64,000 nucleotides of DNA from an uncultured Chloroflexota bacterium (lineage in GTDB: Bacteria; Chloroflexota; UBA11872), in NCBI GenBank assembly GCA_964422795.1, contig CAYRCL010000041.1:29631-93630 (forward strand). Direction: 5' to 3'. Positions 39,173-49,317 of the stretch are shown here, in pieces. The position numbers and the translations under genes were made by a program. Under the pieces are notes generated by a model. That model had not been told where the DNA came from, ran no database searches, and saw only the letters and a list, made by a program, of their open reading frames with translations. Numbering within the stretch: the first letter of the stretch is position 1; each line of letters opens with the position of its first letter.

Positions 39173-40117
39173 TTAAGCCACCCCCTTTGCTTTCGAGGCG
39201 CCCTGTACGTGCGCCAATGCGTCCCGGAGCGAATCGTCTAATTGCCGTTGCGGTTGCCAACCAGTGTCATCGATCAGCCGACTGGGGTCTCCGGCAATAG
39301 TTATTGATTGCCGACCAGGCGCAGGACTCGCAACCTCTCGAATCTCAGCATCTACACCAGCCACCGCAATGAGACGCTCGACAACCAACCGTAACGGCGT
39401 CGCTGAACCTGTCGCAACGTTATAGATTCTGCCTGAATGTCCGTGCTCAATAACCCCGACAATCGCCGCAGCTACGTCTCGCACATCGACATAATCACGT
39501 CCACCAGAAAGGCTAAACGTGTCCACGCTGGGCTTGCTTTCTCCACGAAGAATCTTCGCCAGCTGATGCACCTGTCGACCCGGGAAATACGCTGGCGAGC
39601 GACCCGGCCCTAATGTGCCAAAGATCCGTAAACAGACCACATCAAGCTGGCTCTCGTAATAAAACTGCTTTGCTTGGAGTTCTGCTGCCGCTTTGGATGC
39701 ACCATAAACCGTACACGGATCCAGAGGTGCTAGTTCAGTGATCGGACCAGATTGTTGAACATTCCCATATACCTCAGCTGAACTCAATGTGACCAAACGT
39801 GCTGCCGGAACATGCCTCAACATCGAGGTGATCAAGCGAAGCTGACCAAGCACATTCACATCATAGGCATGCACCGGATTATCCTTAGCTTCACCCGGGT
39901 CAGCCACACCAGCCAGATTGATGACCACCCCTGGCATAATTTCTCGGATCGCATCATCAATACTTTGTTTGTCACAAAGGTCGAGATTTACCACTAGCCT
40001 GTCACGATGGTCTCCGTGGCTCGACGCAACGACCTCGTGTCCCGCTACAGAACAGGCCCCAAGTACATGCGGCCCCATAAACCCGCAGGCTCCTGTGACT
40101 AAGATCGGTTCAGGCAC
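39173..40117 (-). CDS. NAD-dependent SDR epimerase/reductase, probable GDP-4-keto-6-deoxy-D-mannose reductase (Rmd) or GDP-fucose synthase
   Basis: ILVTGACGFMGPHV Rossmann, YGASKAAAE catalytic YxxxK; immediately downstream of gmd. Confidence 0.7.
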   Translation of the reverse strand: MPEPILVTGACGFMGPHVLGACSVAGHEVVASSHGDHRDRLVVNLDLCDKQSIDDAIREIMPGVVINLAGVADPGEAKDNPVHAYDVNVLGQLRLITSMLRHVPAARLVTLSSAEVYGNVQQSGPITELAPLDPCTVYGASKAAAELQAKQFYYESQLDVVCLRIFGTLGPGRSPAYFPGRQVHQLAKILRGESKPSVDTFSLSGGRDYVDVRDVAAAIVGVIEHGHSGRIYNVATGSATPLRLVVERLIAVAGVDAEIREVASPAPGRQSITIAGDPSRLIDDTGWQPQRQLDDSLRDALAHVQGASKAKGVA

Positions 40118-40131
40118 AATTCGCCAGCAAG

Positions 40132-41133
40132 TCAGTCCGTTTGCCGACCAGCCATGACCTCTGCGTGGGCAATTTCACTAGCAACCAACTCAATATCAGC
40201 GTCAACCATTAGACGGACCAACTCCGCAAAAGTGACAGATGGCTCCCACCCCAGATCCTTCCTTATCAAGCCAGGATCTCCGAACAGGTGCTCAACCTCG
40301 GCTGGACGTAACAAGTCTTCACTAGTCGTGATGTGATCCCGAGCCGACTTACCGATGTGGTCAAACGCGAGCTCCGCAAATTCCCATCCCGAGTGAGTCT
40401 CCCCCGTTGCCAGCACGTAATCACGCGGTTCGTCCTGTTGCAACATCATCCACATACCGCGAACAAAATCGGGGGCATACCCCCAATCCCGCTTGGTCGA
40501 AAGGTCGCCAAACGGTACTGAGTTGACCACACCATGCTGTACGCGCGCAGCGCTATAGGTGAGCTTACGCGTGACAAACTCCATACCGCGACGGGGCGAC
40601 TCGTGGTTAAAACAAATCCCGGAGCAGGCGAACATCCGATAACTCTCACGATAATTGATCGTAATCCAATGCGCGTAGAGTTTCGCTACCCCATACGGGC
40701 TACGCGGATAAAACGGTGTCGTCTCACTCTGCGGCCACTCCTGCACCTGACCGAACATTTCACTACTGGAAGCCTGATAGAACTTAATACTAGGGTCAAC
40801 AGCACGAATCGCCTCAAGCATGCGTGTAGCGCCAAGAGCCGTAACTTCTCCGGTCAAAACAGGCTGACGCCATGAAGCCGGAACGAATGACTGAGCCGCG
40901 AGATTGTAGACCTCATCAGGCCGGTGTCGTTGCAAGATCTCAATCAACGAGTATTGATCGTGTAAGTCACCGGCTTCCAACACCAAGTCGTCTTGGAGAT
41001 GCGCAATGCGGCCATTGTTCTCCGTGCTCGTTCTTCGAACAATACCAATAACGGTATAGCCCTTCTGCAGAAGAAATTCGGCCAGATACGAACCATCTTG
41101 ACCAGTGATACCTGTAATTACGGCCGAGGGCAT
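40132..41133 (-). CDS. gmd: GDP-mannose 4,6-dehydratase
   Basis: ITGITGQDGSYLAEFLLQKGY, SSSEMFG, YGVAKLYAHWI, NHESPRRG Gmd signatures. Confidence 0.95.
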   Translation of the reverse strand: MPSAVITGITGQDGSYLAEFLLQKGYTVIGIVRRTSTENNGRIAHLQDDLVLEAGDLHDQYSLIEILQRHRPDEVYNLAAQSFVPASWRQPVLTGEVTALGATRMLEAIRAVDPSIKFYQASSSEMFGQVQEWPQSETTPFYPRSPYGVAKLYAHWITINYRESYRMFACSGICFNHESPRRGMEFVTRKLTYSAARVQHGVVNSVPFGDLSTKRDWGYAPDFVRGMWMMLQQDEPRDYVLATGETHSGWEFAELAFDHIGKSARDHITTSEDLLRPAEVEHLFGDPGLIRKDLGWEPSVTFAELVRLMVDADIELVASEIAHAEVMAGRQTD

Positions 41134-41207
41134 ACGCAGACCCTATTCGCTGTTGCTCACTACAAGTTTACGCGTCATGCTCCGTGAGCGTGCCGGAACT
41201 TCCAATG

Positions 41208-42353
41208 TTAACGTTCCGTGTCAATCGGCTTCGGCATTGGCACATTCAATCCTTCGGCTAAATTTCCGAGATCTCGGATAAGATCACGTGTCAATGGGCA
41301 TCCGTTGGAACGCCGATCGTTCTCAGCATCACGCTCAATATCGCCGGGTGCGTAGATACAGTCGACACCAGGACGCCGATCCACAGCACGCATGCCGGCA
41401 AGCGTCGCCGCCACACGACTCTTGAATGTTGCAAGTGGGATTAACCGCTCAACGTCAATCGCCAAAAACGCATGCCCAACGTCCTGTGGACGGTCAAGAT
41501 CCCAATACATCGACCCTACATCAACCGTTGAAGCACCGCCCGACAAGATTCCAGCCAGTACGTCAACAATTAAAGAAAGACCTGCGCCCTTATATCCACC
41601 CAGCGGCAAAATCGACCCGCCGTCAAAATAACCATCCGGATCCGTAGTCGAGTTTCCTTCTTTATCAATGACCCAGCCCTCAGGGATCGACTCGCCCTGA
41701 CTCTTAGCCAGCAAAATATGACCGCCCGCCACCTGCGAGGTCGCCATATCCAGAACCAATTCGTCCGGCGGATCCGTTGGAACAGCAACACATACAGGGT
41801 TAGTCGAAAGAAACCGTTCACGCCCACCCCACGGGGCAACAATTGCCTCGCCATTTGTAAATGCAAACGTCAGTAATCCAGCACGCGAACCTCGCAACGC
41901 CCAGTACGCCTGCGTACCGTTATGCGTCGAGTTGCGCACACCAGTCCAGCACAAACCGTGTTCACGTGCATGATTAATAGTTTCGGTCATCGCTAAATCA
42001 CACACCACTTGCCCAAGACCAGCGTCACCTTCAATTACCACCGTCGTAGTCTTATCACTTATCACACGGACATTTGGGGAAGCGTTAACAAGTCCTTGCT
42101 GCAGACGGTGCACATAGATCGGAAGGCGTGTTATCCCATGCGTATCCACGCCACGCAGGTTCGCAGAAACGAGAGATTCGGCTGTCAATTGCGCATCCGA
42201 CTCAGGAACTTTTACCGCCATTAAGGCAGCGGAGGCAAACTCTATCAATCGATCAGGTGCGAAGCGCCGTTGCCCCAATGCAGACTCACTCATCAATCGC
42301 AACTCCCCGAAGACTTCGGCAATATTGACAACATGCCACCAGAAGCATCGCAC
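41208..42353 (-). CDS. Ldh_2 family dehydrogenase, paralog C
   Basis: LVSANLRGVDTHGITRL, NSTHNGTQAYWA; start may be the internal Met near 42293. Confidence 0.75.
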   Translation of the reverse strand: MRCFWWHVVNIAEVFGELRLMSESALGQRRFAPDRLIEFASAALMAVKVPESDAQLTAESLVSANLRGVDTHGITRLPIYVHRLQQGLVNASPNVRVISDKTTTVVIEGDAGLGQVVCDLAMTETINHAREHGLCWTGVRNSTHNGTQAYWALRGSRAGLLTFAFTNGEAIVAPWGGRERFLSTNPVCVAVPTDPPDELVLDMATSQVAGGHILLAKSQGESIPEGWVIDKEGNSTTDPDGYFDGGSILPLGGYKGAGLSLIVDVLAGILSGGASTVDVGSMYWDLDRPQDVGHAFLAIDVERLIPLATFKSRVAATLAGMRAVDRRPGVDCIYAPGDIERDAENDRRSNGCPLTRDLIRDLGNLAEGLNVPMPKPIDTER

Positions 42354-43112
42354 TCATCGCACGATTTCGCTGGCAAACTCGGCGGGATAGCCAAGCGTGG
42401 CGATATCGTCGCCATCGTTGGCGCCGGAGGCAAGACAACAACCATGTTTGCGCTGGCACAGGCGCTTGCCAAGCGTGGGCTACGGGTTGTGACTTCAAAA
42501 TCAACAGTGATTCACGCCCCATCGATGTCTCGATCCCCAAAATTGGTCATTTCAAAGCCCGAACACTGGCATGACGAACTTCCTGCGACGGTGGCGCATA
42601 ACCCAATCATCACTGTTGTCACCTCAGCACCCAGCAAGCGTCGATTTGAAGGCATCACCCCCGAACTCGCACCCTCCCTCCTTAACGCGTCGGGTGCGGA
42701 TGTACTGATCGTCGAGGCGGATGGCGCCCGCCATCGATCTCTAAAAATTCCTGGTAGTCATGAGCCGTCGATGCCGCACGGCGCTACCGTCGTCCTCCCG
42801 GTAGCATCATTTTCAGCAGCTGGAGCCCCACTTTCAGCGCACATTGTCCACAGGCCGGAGTTAGCTGGACCCTTGCTAGGCCTTCAGCCCGGAGCAATTC
42901 TCTCACCCCGTCATGTTGTTGCTGTGGTGGTGCACGAGAAGGCCGGGCTCAAGTCAATACCACCAAATGCGAAGGTTTGGCCTGTGCTAACAGCCACGTC
43001 ACGCATATCGCAGGACGAACTCCATCGTGCGCGGAAAACATTGAAAGGCAACTCGCACATAACAGGCTGGATCGAAGCGAGCACGGCGTGGGTATTCACA
43101 GTTCGACAATAA
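42333..43112 (+). CDS. YqeC-like putative selenium-dependent-hydroxylase accessory protein (P-loop-like GAGGKTT)
   Basis: DIVAIVGAGGKTTTMFALA and LIVEADGARHRSLKIPGSHEP motifs as I recall them for TIGR03172/YqeC; ATG 42333 chosen to avoid overlap with the divergent Ldh_2 gene. Confidence 0.45.
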   Translation: MPPEASHSSHDFAGKLGGIAKRGDIVAIVGAGGKTTTMFALAQALAKRGLRVVTSKSTVIHAPSMSRSPKLVISKPEHWHDELPATVAHNPIITVVTSAPSKRRFEGITPELAPSLLNASGADVLIVEADGARHRSLKIPGSHEPSMPHGATVVLPVASFSAAGAPLSAHIVHRPELAGPLLGLQPGAILSPRHVVAVVVHEKAGLKSIPPNAKVWPVLTATSRISQDELHRARKTLKGNSHITGWIEASTAWVFTVRQ

Positions 43113-43172
43113 CCTTGATTTGATAGGAACGGAAAGTGACAACCAAGACACACGGTCCTCATTTGCGTCAGA

Positions 43173-44321
43173 ATGCACAATTCACTTACCTGTGCAGCAG
43201 ACATATACATAGCCATGCACCATCAACCAATCACGATTAACACGAAGCGCCTACTTGACACTTTCCTCGCGATGCTGTCCGTTGATAGCTATTACGGCGA
43301 CGAAGATCGTGTCGTTCAAGTTATCAAGCCCCGGATGGATGGCTTCGGCATAACTTGGCGATCTGATCAGCACGGCAACCTCATTGGAGATTGGCCCGCA
43401 CGAGACAAGACATCCGAACCCCTGATCTTAAATGCACACATGGACACCGTTCGTCCTACACCAGGAATGGTTCCCGTTGTGAAATCGGACGGCGTGTATT
43501 CCGATGGGTCCTCCGTGCTTGGTGCCGATGACAAAGCCGGCATAGCCGCAATCATGGAGGCTGTTCAGGCGTTCCACGAATCTGGGCATCCACATGGACC
43601 TGTTGAACTTCTTTTCACAACGGGCGAAGACGTAGGGCACATTGGATCAAAAGCATTTGATATCGCTGACGTTACGAGTCGCCGCTGTTATGTATTTGAC
43701 GCTGGCGGACCGGTCGGCAGTGTAGTGATGCGAGCTCCAGGCCAAAGACGTTTCAATCTGACATTTCGAGGCAAGGCAGCTCACGCTGGCGTAGAGCCTG
43801 AACTCGGAATCAGTGCTATTTCTATGGCGGCGCGTGCGATAGACCGTATGCCGTTGGGTCGTATCGATGACATCACCACCGCAAATGTTGGAACGATCGA
43901 AGGCGGTCAGGCCTACAACATCGTGGCACCTGAAGCGTCAGTTACCGTGGAGAGCCGTAGCCTCTCGGAAACACGTCTAGAGAAACAAGTCACGGACGTC
44001 ACAAACGCAGCCACCCAGGCAGCTGAAGACTACGGTGGAGAAGTCGATATTGAGACTCATACGTTTTACCAGGCGTATCAACTCGATGAATCAGATCCTG
44101 CCGTTCAGCTCGCAGATGCAGCTATTGAGGCCGCTGGCCTTGACCTCCGACACGTCAGTACCGGAGGTGGCAGCGACGCGCATGAGTTCAATGAGAAAGG
44201 GATCACTTCCGTATGCCTCGGCATGGGCTACATCGACGTCCACTCAGTCAAAGAATTCATGCCGCATGCCGCCCTTCAAGATGCCACACGCCTCGCGGTG
44301 GAATTGATTCGACACAGTTAA
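43173..44321 (+). CDS. M20-family metallopeptidase (peptidase T-like)
   Basis: LNAHMDTV, GADDKAGIAAIMEA, TTGEDVGHIG metal-ligand motifs. Confidence 0.8.
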   Translation: MHNSLTCAADIYIAMHHQPITINTKRLLDTFLAMLSVDSYYGDEDRVVQVIKPRMDGFGITWRSDQHGNLIGDWPARDKTSEPLILNAHMDTVRPTPGMVPVVKSDGVYSDGSSVLGADDKAGIAAIMEAVQAFHESGHPHGPVELLFTTGEDVGHIGSKAFDIADVTSRRCYVFDAGGPVGSVVMRAPGQRRFNLTFRGKAAHAGVEPELGISAISMAARAIDRMPLGRIDDITTANVGTIEGGQAYNIVAPEASVTVESRSLSETRLEKQVTDVTNAATQAAEDYGGEVDIETHTFYQAYQLDESDPAVQLADAAIEAAGLDLRHVSTGGGSDAHEFNEKGITSVCLGMGYIDVHSVKEFMPHAALQDATRLAVELIRHS

Positions 44322-44520
44322 CAGCCGAAGAAGCGCCCTGGAACGCAGGCCATTTACTAACTCATAATCGGCCAACAAGAGTGCTTGTAATCGTAATCCC
44401 TCGTAAGCACAAGAATCGCTGAAGAAAACCTCTAGCGGAGAAAGCGGATCCCAAGTGCGTTATCAATACGCAATTCGCTAACAAAAACACCCTTTTGATT
44501 GCGATCTGCTCGTGACTTCG

Positions 44521-46107
44521 TCACAGCTCTATTGCTCTCAAGTCCGAGGCACTGGACTGGGTTATCAACAATGCGTATTCGTAACTATCTTTAAGAGCCA
44601 ACCAGGAGGCTTCAATAATATCCGTTGAACTACCCACCGTGCCCCATTCAGAGGCTCCGTCACTTGATTGGATCAACACTCGCACACTAGCGTTAGTGGC
44701 AGATGTCGAATCAAGAATTCGAACCTTATAGTCGATAAGATGCGCTTGCTCGAGGGAAGGAAAAAATCGCTCCAATGCCTTCCGAGCAGCACGGTCAAGC
44801 GCGCTGACTGGACCATTCCCATCCGACGCGGTCTGAAATATTTCGTCACCAACCCGTATTTTCACCATAGCTTCAGACAACATATCGCGACCTTCGCGTG
44901 TCTCTGCCAAAACTAAGAAATCCACAAACTCGAACGGAGCCTCATAATCATCTTGCAGCCGATGCAATAGGAGATGGAAGGAAGCTTCCGCGCCTTCAAA
45001 TTGAAAACCTCTTTCCTCAAGAGATTTAACCTCAGCAAGCGCAGCAGTTATCAAGTCCTGATTGGTTACAAGCCCAAGCTGCTGCGCTCGCTCAGCGATG
45101 CTACTCCGACCAGCCAGCTCCGAAATCACGATACGTGATTCGTTGCCCACGATCGACGGATCAATATGTTGGTACGCATCCGCGTCTTTACGCACCCCAC
45201 TCCCGTGATATCCAGCCTTGTGCGCAAACGCACTTTGCCCCACATACGGCATATAGGGGTCGGGGACCACGTTGGCCAATTCACCAACAAATCGTGAGAC
45301 GTCCGTCGTCTTCTGCAGTTGATCGGACGACACACAATCTCGACCAAGCTTCAGCTGAAGAGTTGGAATCAGCGTTGTGAGATTGGCATTCCCACAACGT
45401 TCCCCAAACCCGTTGATCGTACCTTGAATCTGGGACGCACCATTTGCCACGCCCGCAATTGTGTTAGCTGCCGCAAGATCGGCATCGTTGTGCATATGCA
45501 CACCAATGGGGACATTAATCCATCGTGACGCAGTCCGTGTAGCTTCCGCCACTTGCTCTGGAAGTGAACCCCCATTGGTATCGCATAGCACAAGCCATCG
45601 AGCCCCAGCCTCCGCCGCTGCTTCGAGACAAGCTCGTGTATAACCCATGTCATGTCGGAACCCGTCGTAAAAATGCTCAGCATCAACAAGAACCTCGCGT
45701 CCAGCTTCCTTTAGGTATGCAACCGTTTCATTAATCATGGCTAAGTTCTCGTCTGTCGTGGTCTCCAACACATCCTCAACCTGATAGCGAGAACATTTAG
45801 CCACGATCGTAACCGCGGGCGTCGGACAAGAAAGCAAGGCTGTCACGGTCGGATCTTCCTCGACCCCGCGATCCTTATACCGAGTAGCGCCAAAAGCACA
45901 GATACGAGCCTGTTGCCAATCCATATCCGCTGCACGCTCGAAGAATTCACGGTCCTTCGGGTTCGATCCCGGGAACCCACCTTCGATGTATCCGATGCCG
46001 TACTCGTCCAGCCTCCGCGCAATACGCAGCTTATCCTCTGTCGAAAACGAAATGCCTTCCGTCTGCGCACCGTCACGCAGAGTCGTGTCATAAAGAATGA
46101 TTTCCAT
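44521..46107 (-). CDS. cimA: (R)-citramalate synthase (LeuA-family, long form)
   Basis: MEIILYDTTLRDGAQTEGISFSTEDKLRIARRLDEYGIGYIEGGFPGSNPKD is the CimA N-terminal signature; C-terminal LeuA allosteric domain; last gene of the ilv-leu operon. Confidence 0.8.
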   Translation of the reverse strand: MEIILYDTTLRDGAQTEGISFSTEDKLRIARRLDEYGIGYIEGGFPGSNPKDREFFERAADMDWQQARICAFGATRYKDRGVEEDPTVTALLSCPTPAVTIVAKCSRYQVEDVLETTTDENLAMINETVAYLKEAGREVLVDAEHFYDGFRHDMGYTRACLEAAAEAGARWLVLCDTNGGSLPEQVAEATRTASRWINVPIGVHMHNDADLAAANTIAGVANGASQIQGTINGFGERCGNANLTTLIPTLQLKLGRDCVSSDQLQKTTDVSRFVGELANVVPDPYMPYVGQSAFAHKAGYHGSGVRKDADAYQHIDPSIVGNESRIVISELAGRSSIAERAQQLGLVTNQDLITAALAEVKSLEERGFQFEGAEASFHLLLHRLQDDYEAPFEFVDFLVLAETREGRDMLSEAMVKIRVGDEIFQTASDGNGPVSALDRAARKALERFFPSLEQAHLIDYKVRILDSTSATNASVRVLIQSSDGASEWGTVGSSTDIIEASWLALKDSYEYALLITQSSASDLRAIEL

Positions 46108-46191
46108 GGCTATTAATCCAGTCTTGCCCAGTATTTGATCCGCACTACCAGGCACCCCCACCAATTCCAACGCAACAACTTGTTTGCGTGC

Positions 46192-47295
46192 TTATCGAGC
46201 TTTAGGACCCTCAATCCTGGCAATAATTGCCTCCGTCATAGATTCAGTGTCCACGATATAAGCATCTGGCTCGGTAATATCGCGCGTACGAAATCCGTCA
46301 TTCAAGGCTTGCTCAACCGCTAACTCTATTGCACTGGCCGCCTCAGGTTTACCAAACGAATGACGAAACATCATTGCGACGCTAAGAATTGTAGCGATTG
46401 GATTCGCGATCCGTTCACCCACAATATCGGGTGCACTTCCATGGACTGGCTCATAAAGAGCATGCGAACCATCCCCAAGGCTCGCTGATGGCAACATGCC
46501 GAGCGACCCGGTGAAAACCCCAGCTTCATCGCTAAGAAAGTCTCCAAACGTATTCTCGGTCACGACCACGTCCCAGTCGGTAGGTCGTTGAATCAACGCT
46601 GCTGCAAAAGAATCCGCAAGCATTGTCGAAAATTCGATGCCGGGATATTCCCCAGCAACTTCTGTAGCGATATCACGCCAAAACCTCCCACTAATGAGAA
46701 CGTTGAACTTGTCCACAGATAGCACTTTGCGTCTCCGGCCAGACGCCCAACCAAAAGCGTGGCGAACAATTCGTTCAACTTCACTGCGTCGATACAACAG
46801 CGTATCCACAGCAGCTGGTTCACCACCGACCATTCTCATTTCTTTGGGTTCTCCAAAATATAGCCCGCCGGTGAGCTCCCGAACTATAACGAGATCCGTC
46901 CCACGCACAATCTCCGACCGAAGCGGGGACTGCCCAACAAGCGCATCGTAAACACGGACCGGACGCACGTTCGCGTAGAGACCAAGCCCGCTACGCAGTC
47001 GCAAGACACCCTCCTCAGGGGTGAATTTCGCCTGCGCGTCATCCCACTTGGGGCCGCCCACTGCGCCAAGCAGCACCGTATCTGCATCCAGCGCATCTTG
47101 AAAAACTTCGTCGGTACACGGCTCGCCAAATCTATCAATGCTGCCACCACCTAGCATTCGCTCGGTCAACCGCAACCCCGGACCATACAGTTCGGACGTC
47201 CGATACAAGACTTCTACACCAGACGAAACCACCTCAGGACCAATGCCGTCTCCCGGAATCACAACAACGTGCGCGTCTCTCAATCCGGATTCCAA
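46192..47295 (-). CDS. leuB: 3-isopropylmalate dehydrogenase
   Basis: 367 aa; VVIPGDGIGPEV, NLYANVRPV, GSLGMLPSASLG motifs. Confidence 0.9.
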   Translation of the reverse strand: MESGLRDAHVVVIPGDGIGPEVVSSGVEVLYRTSELYGPGLRLTERMLGGGSIDRFGEPCTDEVFQDALDADTVLLGAVGGPKWDDAQAKFTPEEGVLRLRSGLGLYANVRPVRVYDALVGQSPLRSEIVRGTDLVIVRELTGGLYFGEPKEMRMVGGEPAAVDTLLYRRSEVERIVRHAFGWASGRRRKVLSVDKFNVLISGRFWRDIATEVAGEYPGIEFSTMLADSFAAALIQRPTDWDVVVTENTFGDFLSDEAGVFTGSLGMLPSASLGDGSHALYEPVHGSAPDIVGERIANPIATILSVAMMFRHSFGKPEAASAIELAVEQALNDGFRTRDITEPDAYIVDTESMTEAIIARIEGPKAR

Positions 47296-47888
47296 CCACC
47301 GACGTACGGCAAGGCGTTATAGGTATCAACAATCTCCTGATCCGCTTCAAGCAGTGTTGCGAGCGCATCCCAAGAACCGGTCACAAACGCTTGCCGAACC
47401 GCTTCCGGCTGTTGAGCAGAATAACTAGATTCACCCACGGTGATAACAGCCGTCGCGATGTCAATACTGATAACGGTTTCCGAATTTTGTTCAATCATTC
47501 CTTGTATCGAATCTATGTCTTCACCTGGAAGGGTAAGACAAGGAACTCCAATGACCGTACAGTTACCGAAGAATATTTCAGCGAAGCTTTCGCCAACGAT
47601 CGCGTGAATCCCATAACGCATAAGCGCCTGTGGGGCATGCTCTCGGCTCGAACCTGAGCCAAAGTTTCGATTGACAACCAGTACACGAGCACCGGCATAT
47701 CGTTTGTCATCAAACGCATGAGCGCCATTAAGCTGTTTTCGATCATCTTCAAACACATGTGGGCCAAGATTCTCAAATGTGATTTCTCTGAGATAACGGG
47801 CCGGGATGATTCGATCAGTATCTATATCATTGCCACGTACAGGAATCCCGGTTCCTGAAATAGAAGTGATGGATTGATCTTCAGCCAT
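47280..47888 (-). CDS. leuD: 3-isopropylmalate dehydratase small subunit
   Basis: 202 aa aconitase swivel domain; NFGSGSSREHAP motif. Confidence 0.9.
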   Translation of the reverse strand: MAEDQSITSISGTGIPVRGNDIDTDRIIPARYLREITFENLGPHVFEDDRKQLNGAHAFDDKRYAGARVLVVNRNFGSGSSREHAPQALMRYGIHAIVGESFAEIFFGNCTVIGVPCLTLPGEDIDSIQGMIEQNSETVISIDIATAVITVGESSYSAQQPEAVRQAFVTGSWDALATLLEADQEIVDTYNALPYVGGWNPD

Positions 47889-47899
47889 CAGAGCCGTGT

Positions 47900-49309
47900 C
47901 TAGGTCTGTACCAGCGCACGCACATCAGTCACCTCACCAGCCAACGCAGCAGCAGCAACCATCGCTGGACTCATCAACAGCGTCCGACCAGTCGGACTAC
48001 CCTGCCGACCCTTGAAGTTACGGTTGCTCGACGAAGCACACACCTGATCACCCACCAACTTGTCTGGGTTCATCGCGAGACACATCGAGCATCCCGCCTC
48101 ACGCCACTCAAATCCGGATGCACGAAAAACATCAGCCAGTCCCTCTGCCTCCGCCGCTGCCTGAACCTGTTGTGAACCAGGAACCACCAATGCCATCACG
48201 CGATCGGAGACCTGTCGTCCCTCTACAACACGAGCTGCCTCACGCAAGTCCGACAACCTACTGTTAGTGCACGAACCGACGAACGCAACATCAACCGGGG
48301 TTCCAGCTATCGGATCTCCAGAACGCAATTGCATATGGTCAAGCGCTTCCTGAATCGAAAATCGCTCCGCGTCGTCACCAACATCTGTCAGAGTGGGGAT
48401 TCGTTCGTCAACACCCACAACCTGGCCAGGATTAATACCCCATGTGACCATAGGAGCAATCGATTTAGCTTCAATCCAAATCTCGTCGTCGTATGCCGCA
48501 TCCCCATCAGACGCAATGGTGTCCCACCACGACGTAGCCTTAGCGTAGTCCGCACCTGCGGGCGCGTATTCACGTCCAATCACGTATGCATAGGTCGTAG
48601 CGTCGGGGTTAACGTATCCGACACGCGCCCCGCCTTCAATGGACATGTTACATACCGTCATCCGCTCATCCATCGACATTCTTTCAAACGTCGAACCTGC
48701 ATATTCATAGGCATAACCTACGCCACCCTGGACACCCAAACGTCCAATGATGTCCAGAATCACATCTTTAGCGTAGACCCCATCAGCTAACTCACCATCA
48801 ACCACAATACGACGGCACCGAGGCTTAGCCACAGCCAACGTTTGTGTAGCCAATACATCACGCACCTGCGATGTCCCGATACCAAGCGCGATTGATCCGA
48901 AGGCACCGTGCGTACTTGTGTGACTGTCGCCACAAGCGATGGTCATACCAGGCTGAGTAAGCCCAAGTTCTGGCCCAATTACATGCACGATGCCCTGACG
49001 ACTGCTCGATCGGTCAAAAAGAGCAATCCCCGTGCCCTCAAGATTGCGCTCAATCGCGACAAACATTTGTTCGGCCATTCCATCAGCATACGGACGCTCC
49101 ACCAGCGTTGTGGGAATGATGTGGTCAACAGTCGCGAATGTTCGGTGGGGATACCTAACAGACAATCCACGCTCGGCCAGCATCTGAAAGGCCTGAGGAC
49201 TTGTCACTTCATGAACCAGATGAAGTCCAATAAAGAGCTGCGTCTGCCCATTCGGAAGCTCCCGCACAGCGTGCGTGTCCCAAACTTTGTCCAGCAGTGT
49301 CCTACCCAT
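47900..49309 (-). CDS. leuC: 3-isopropylmalate dehydratase large subunit
   Basis: 469 aa; aconitase-family Fe-S cysteines ([26 protein letters not shown]). Confidence 0.9.
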   Translation of the reverse strand: MGRTLLDKVWDTHAVRELPNGQTQLFIGLHLVHEVTSPQAFQMLAERGLSVRYPHRTFATVDHIIPTTLVERPYADGMAEQMFVAIERNLEGTGIALFDRSSSRQGIVHVIGPELGLTQPGMTIACGDSHTSTHGAFGSIALGIGTSQVRDVLATQTLAVAKPRCRRIVVDGELADGVYAKDVILDIIGRLGVQGGVGYAYEYAGSTFERMSMDERMTVCNMSIEGGARVGYVNPDATTYAYVIGREYAPAGADYAKATSWWDTIASDGDAAYDDEIWIEAKSIAPMVTWGINPGQVVGVDERIPTLTDVGDDAERFSIQEALDHMQLRSGDPIAGTPVDVAFVGSCTNSRLSDLREAARVVEGRQVSDRVMALVVPGSQQVQAAAEAEGLADVFRASGFEWREAGCSMCLAMNPDKLVGDQVCASSSNRNFKGRQGSPTGRTLLMSPAMVAAAALAGEVTDVRALVQT

Positions 49310-49317
49310 GCGTCTAT

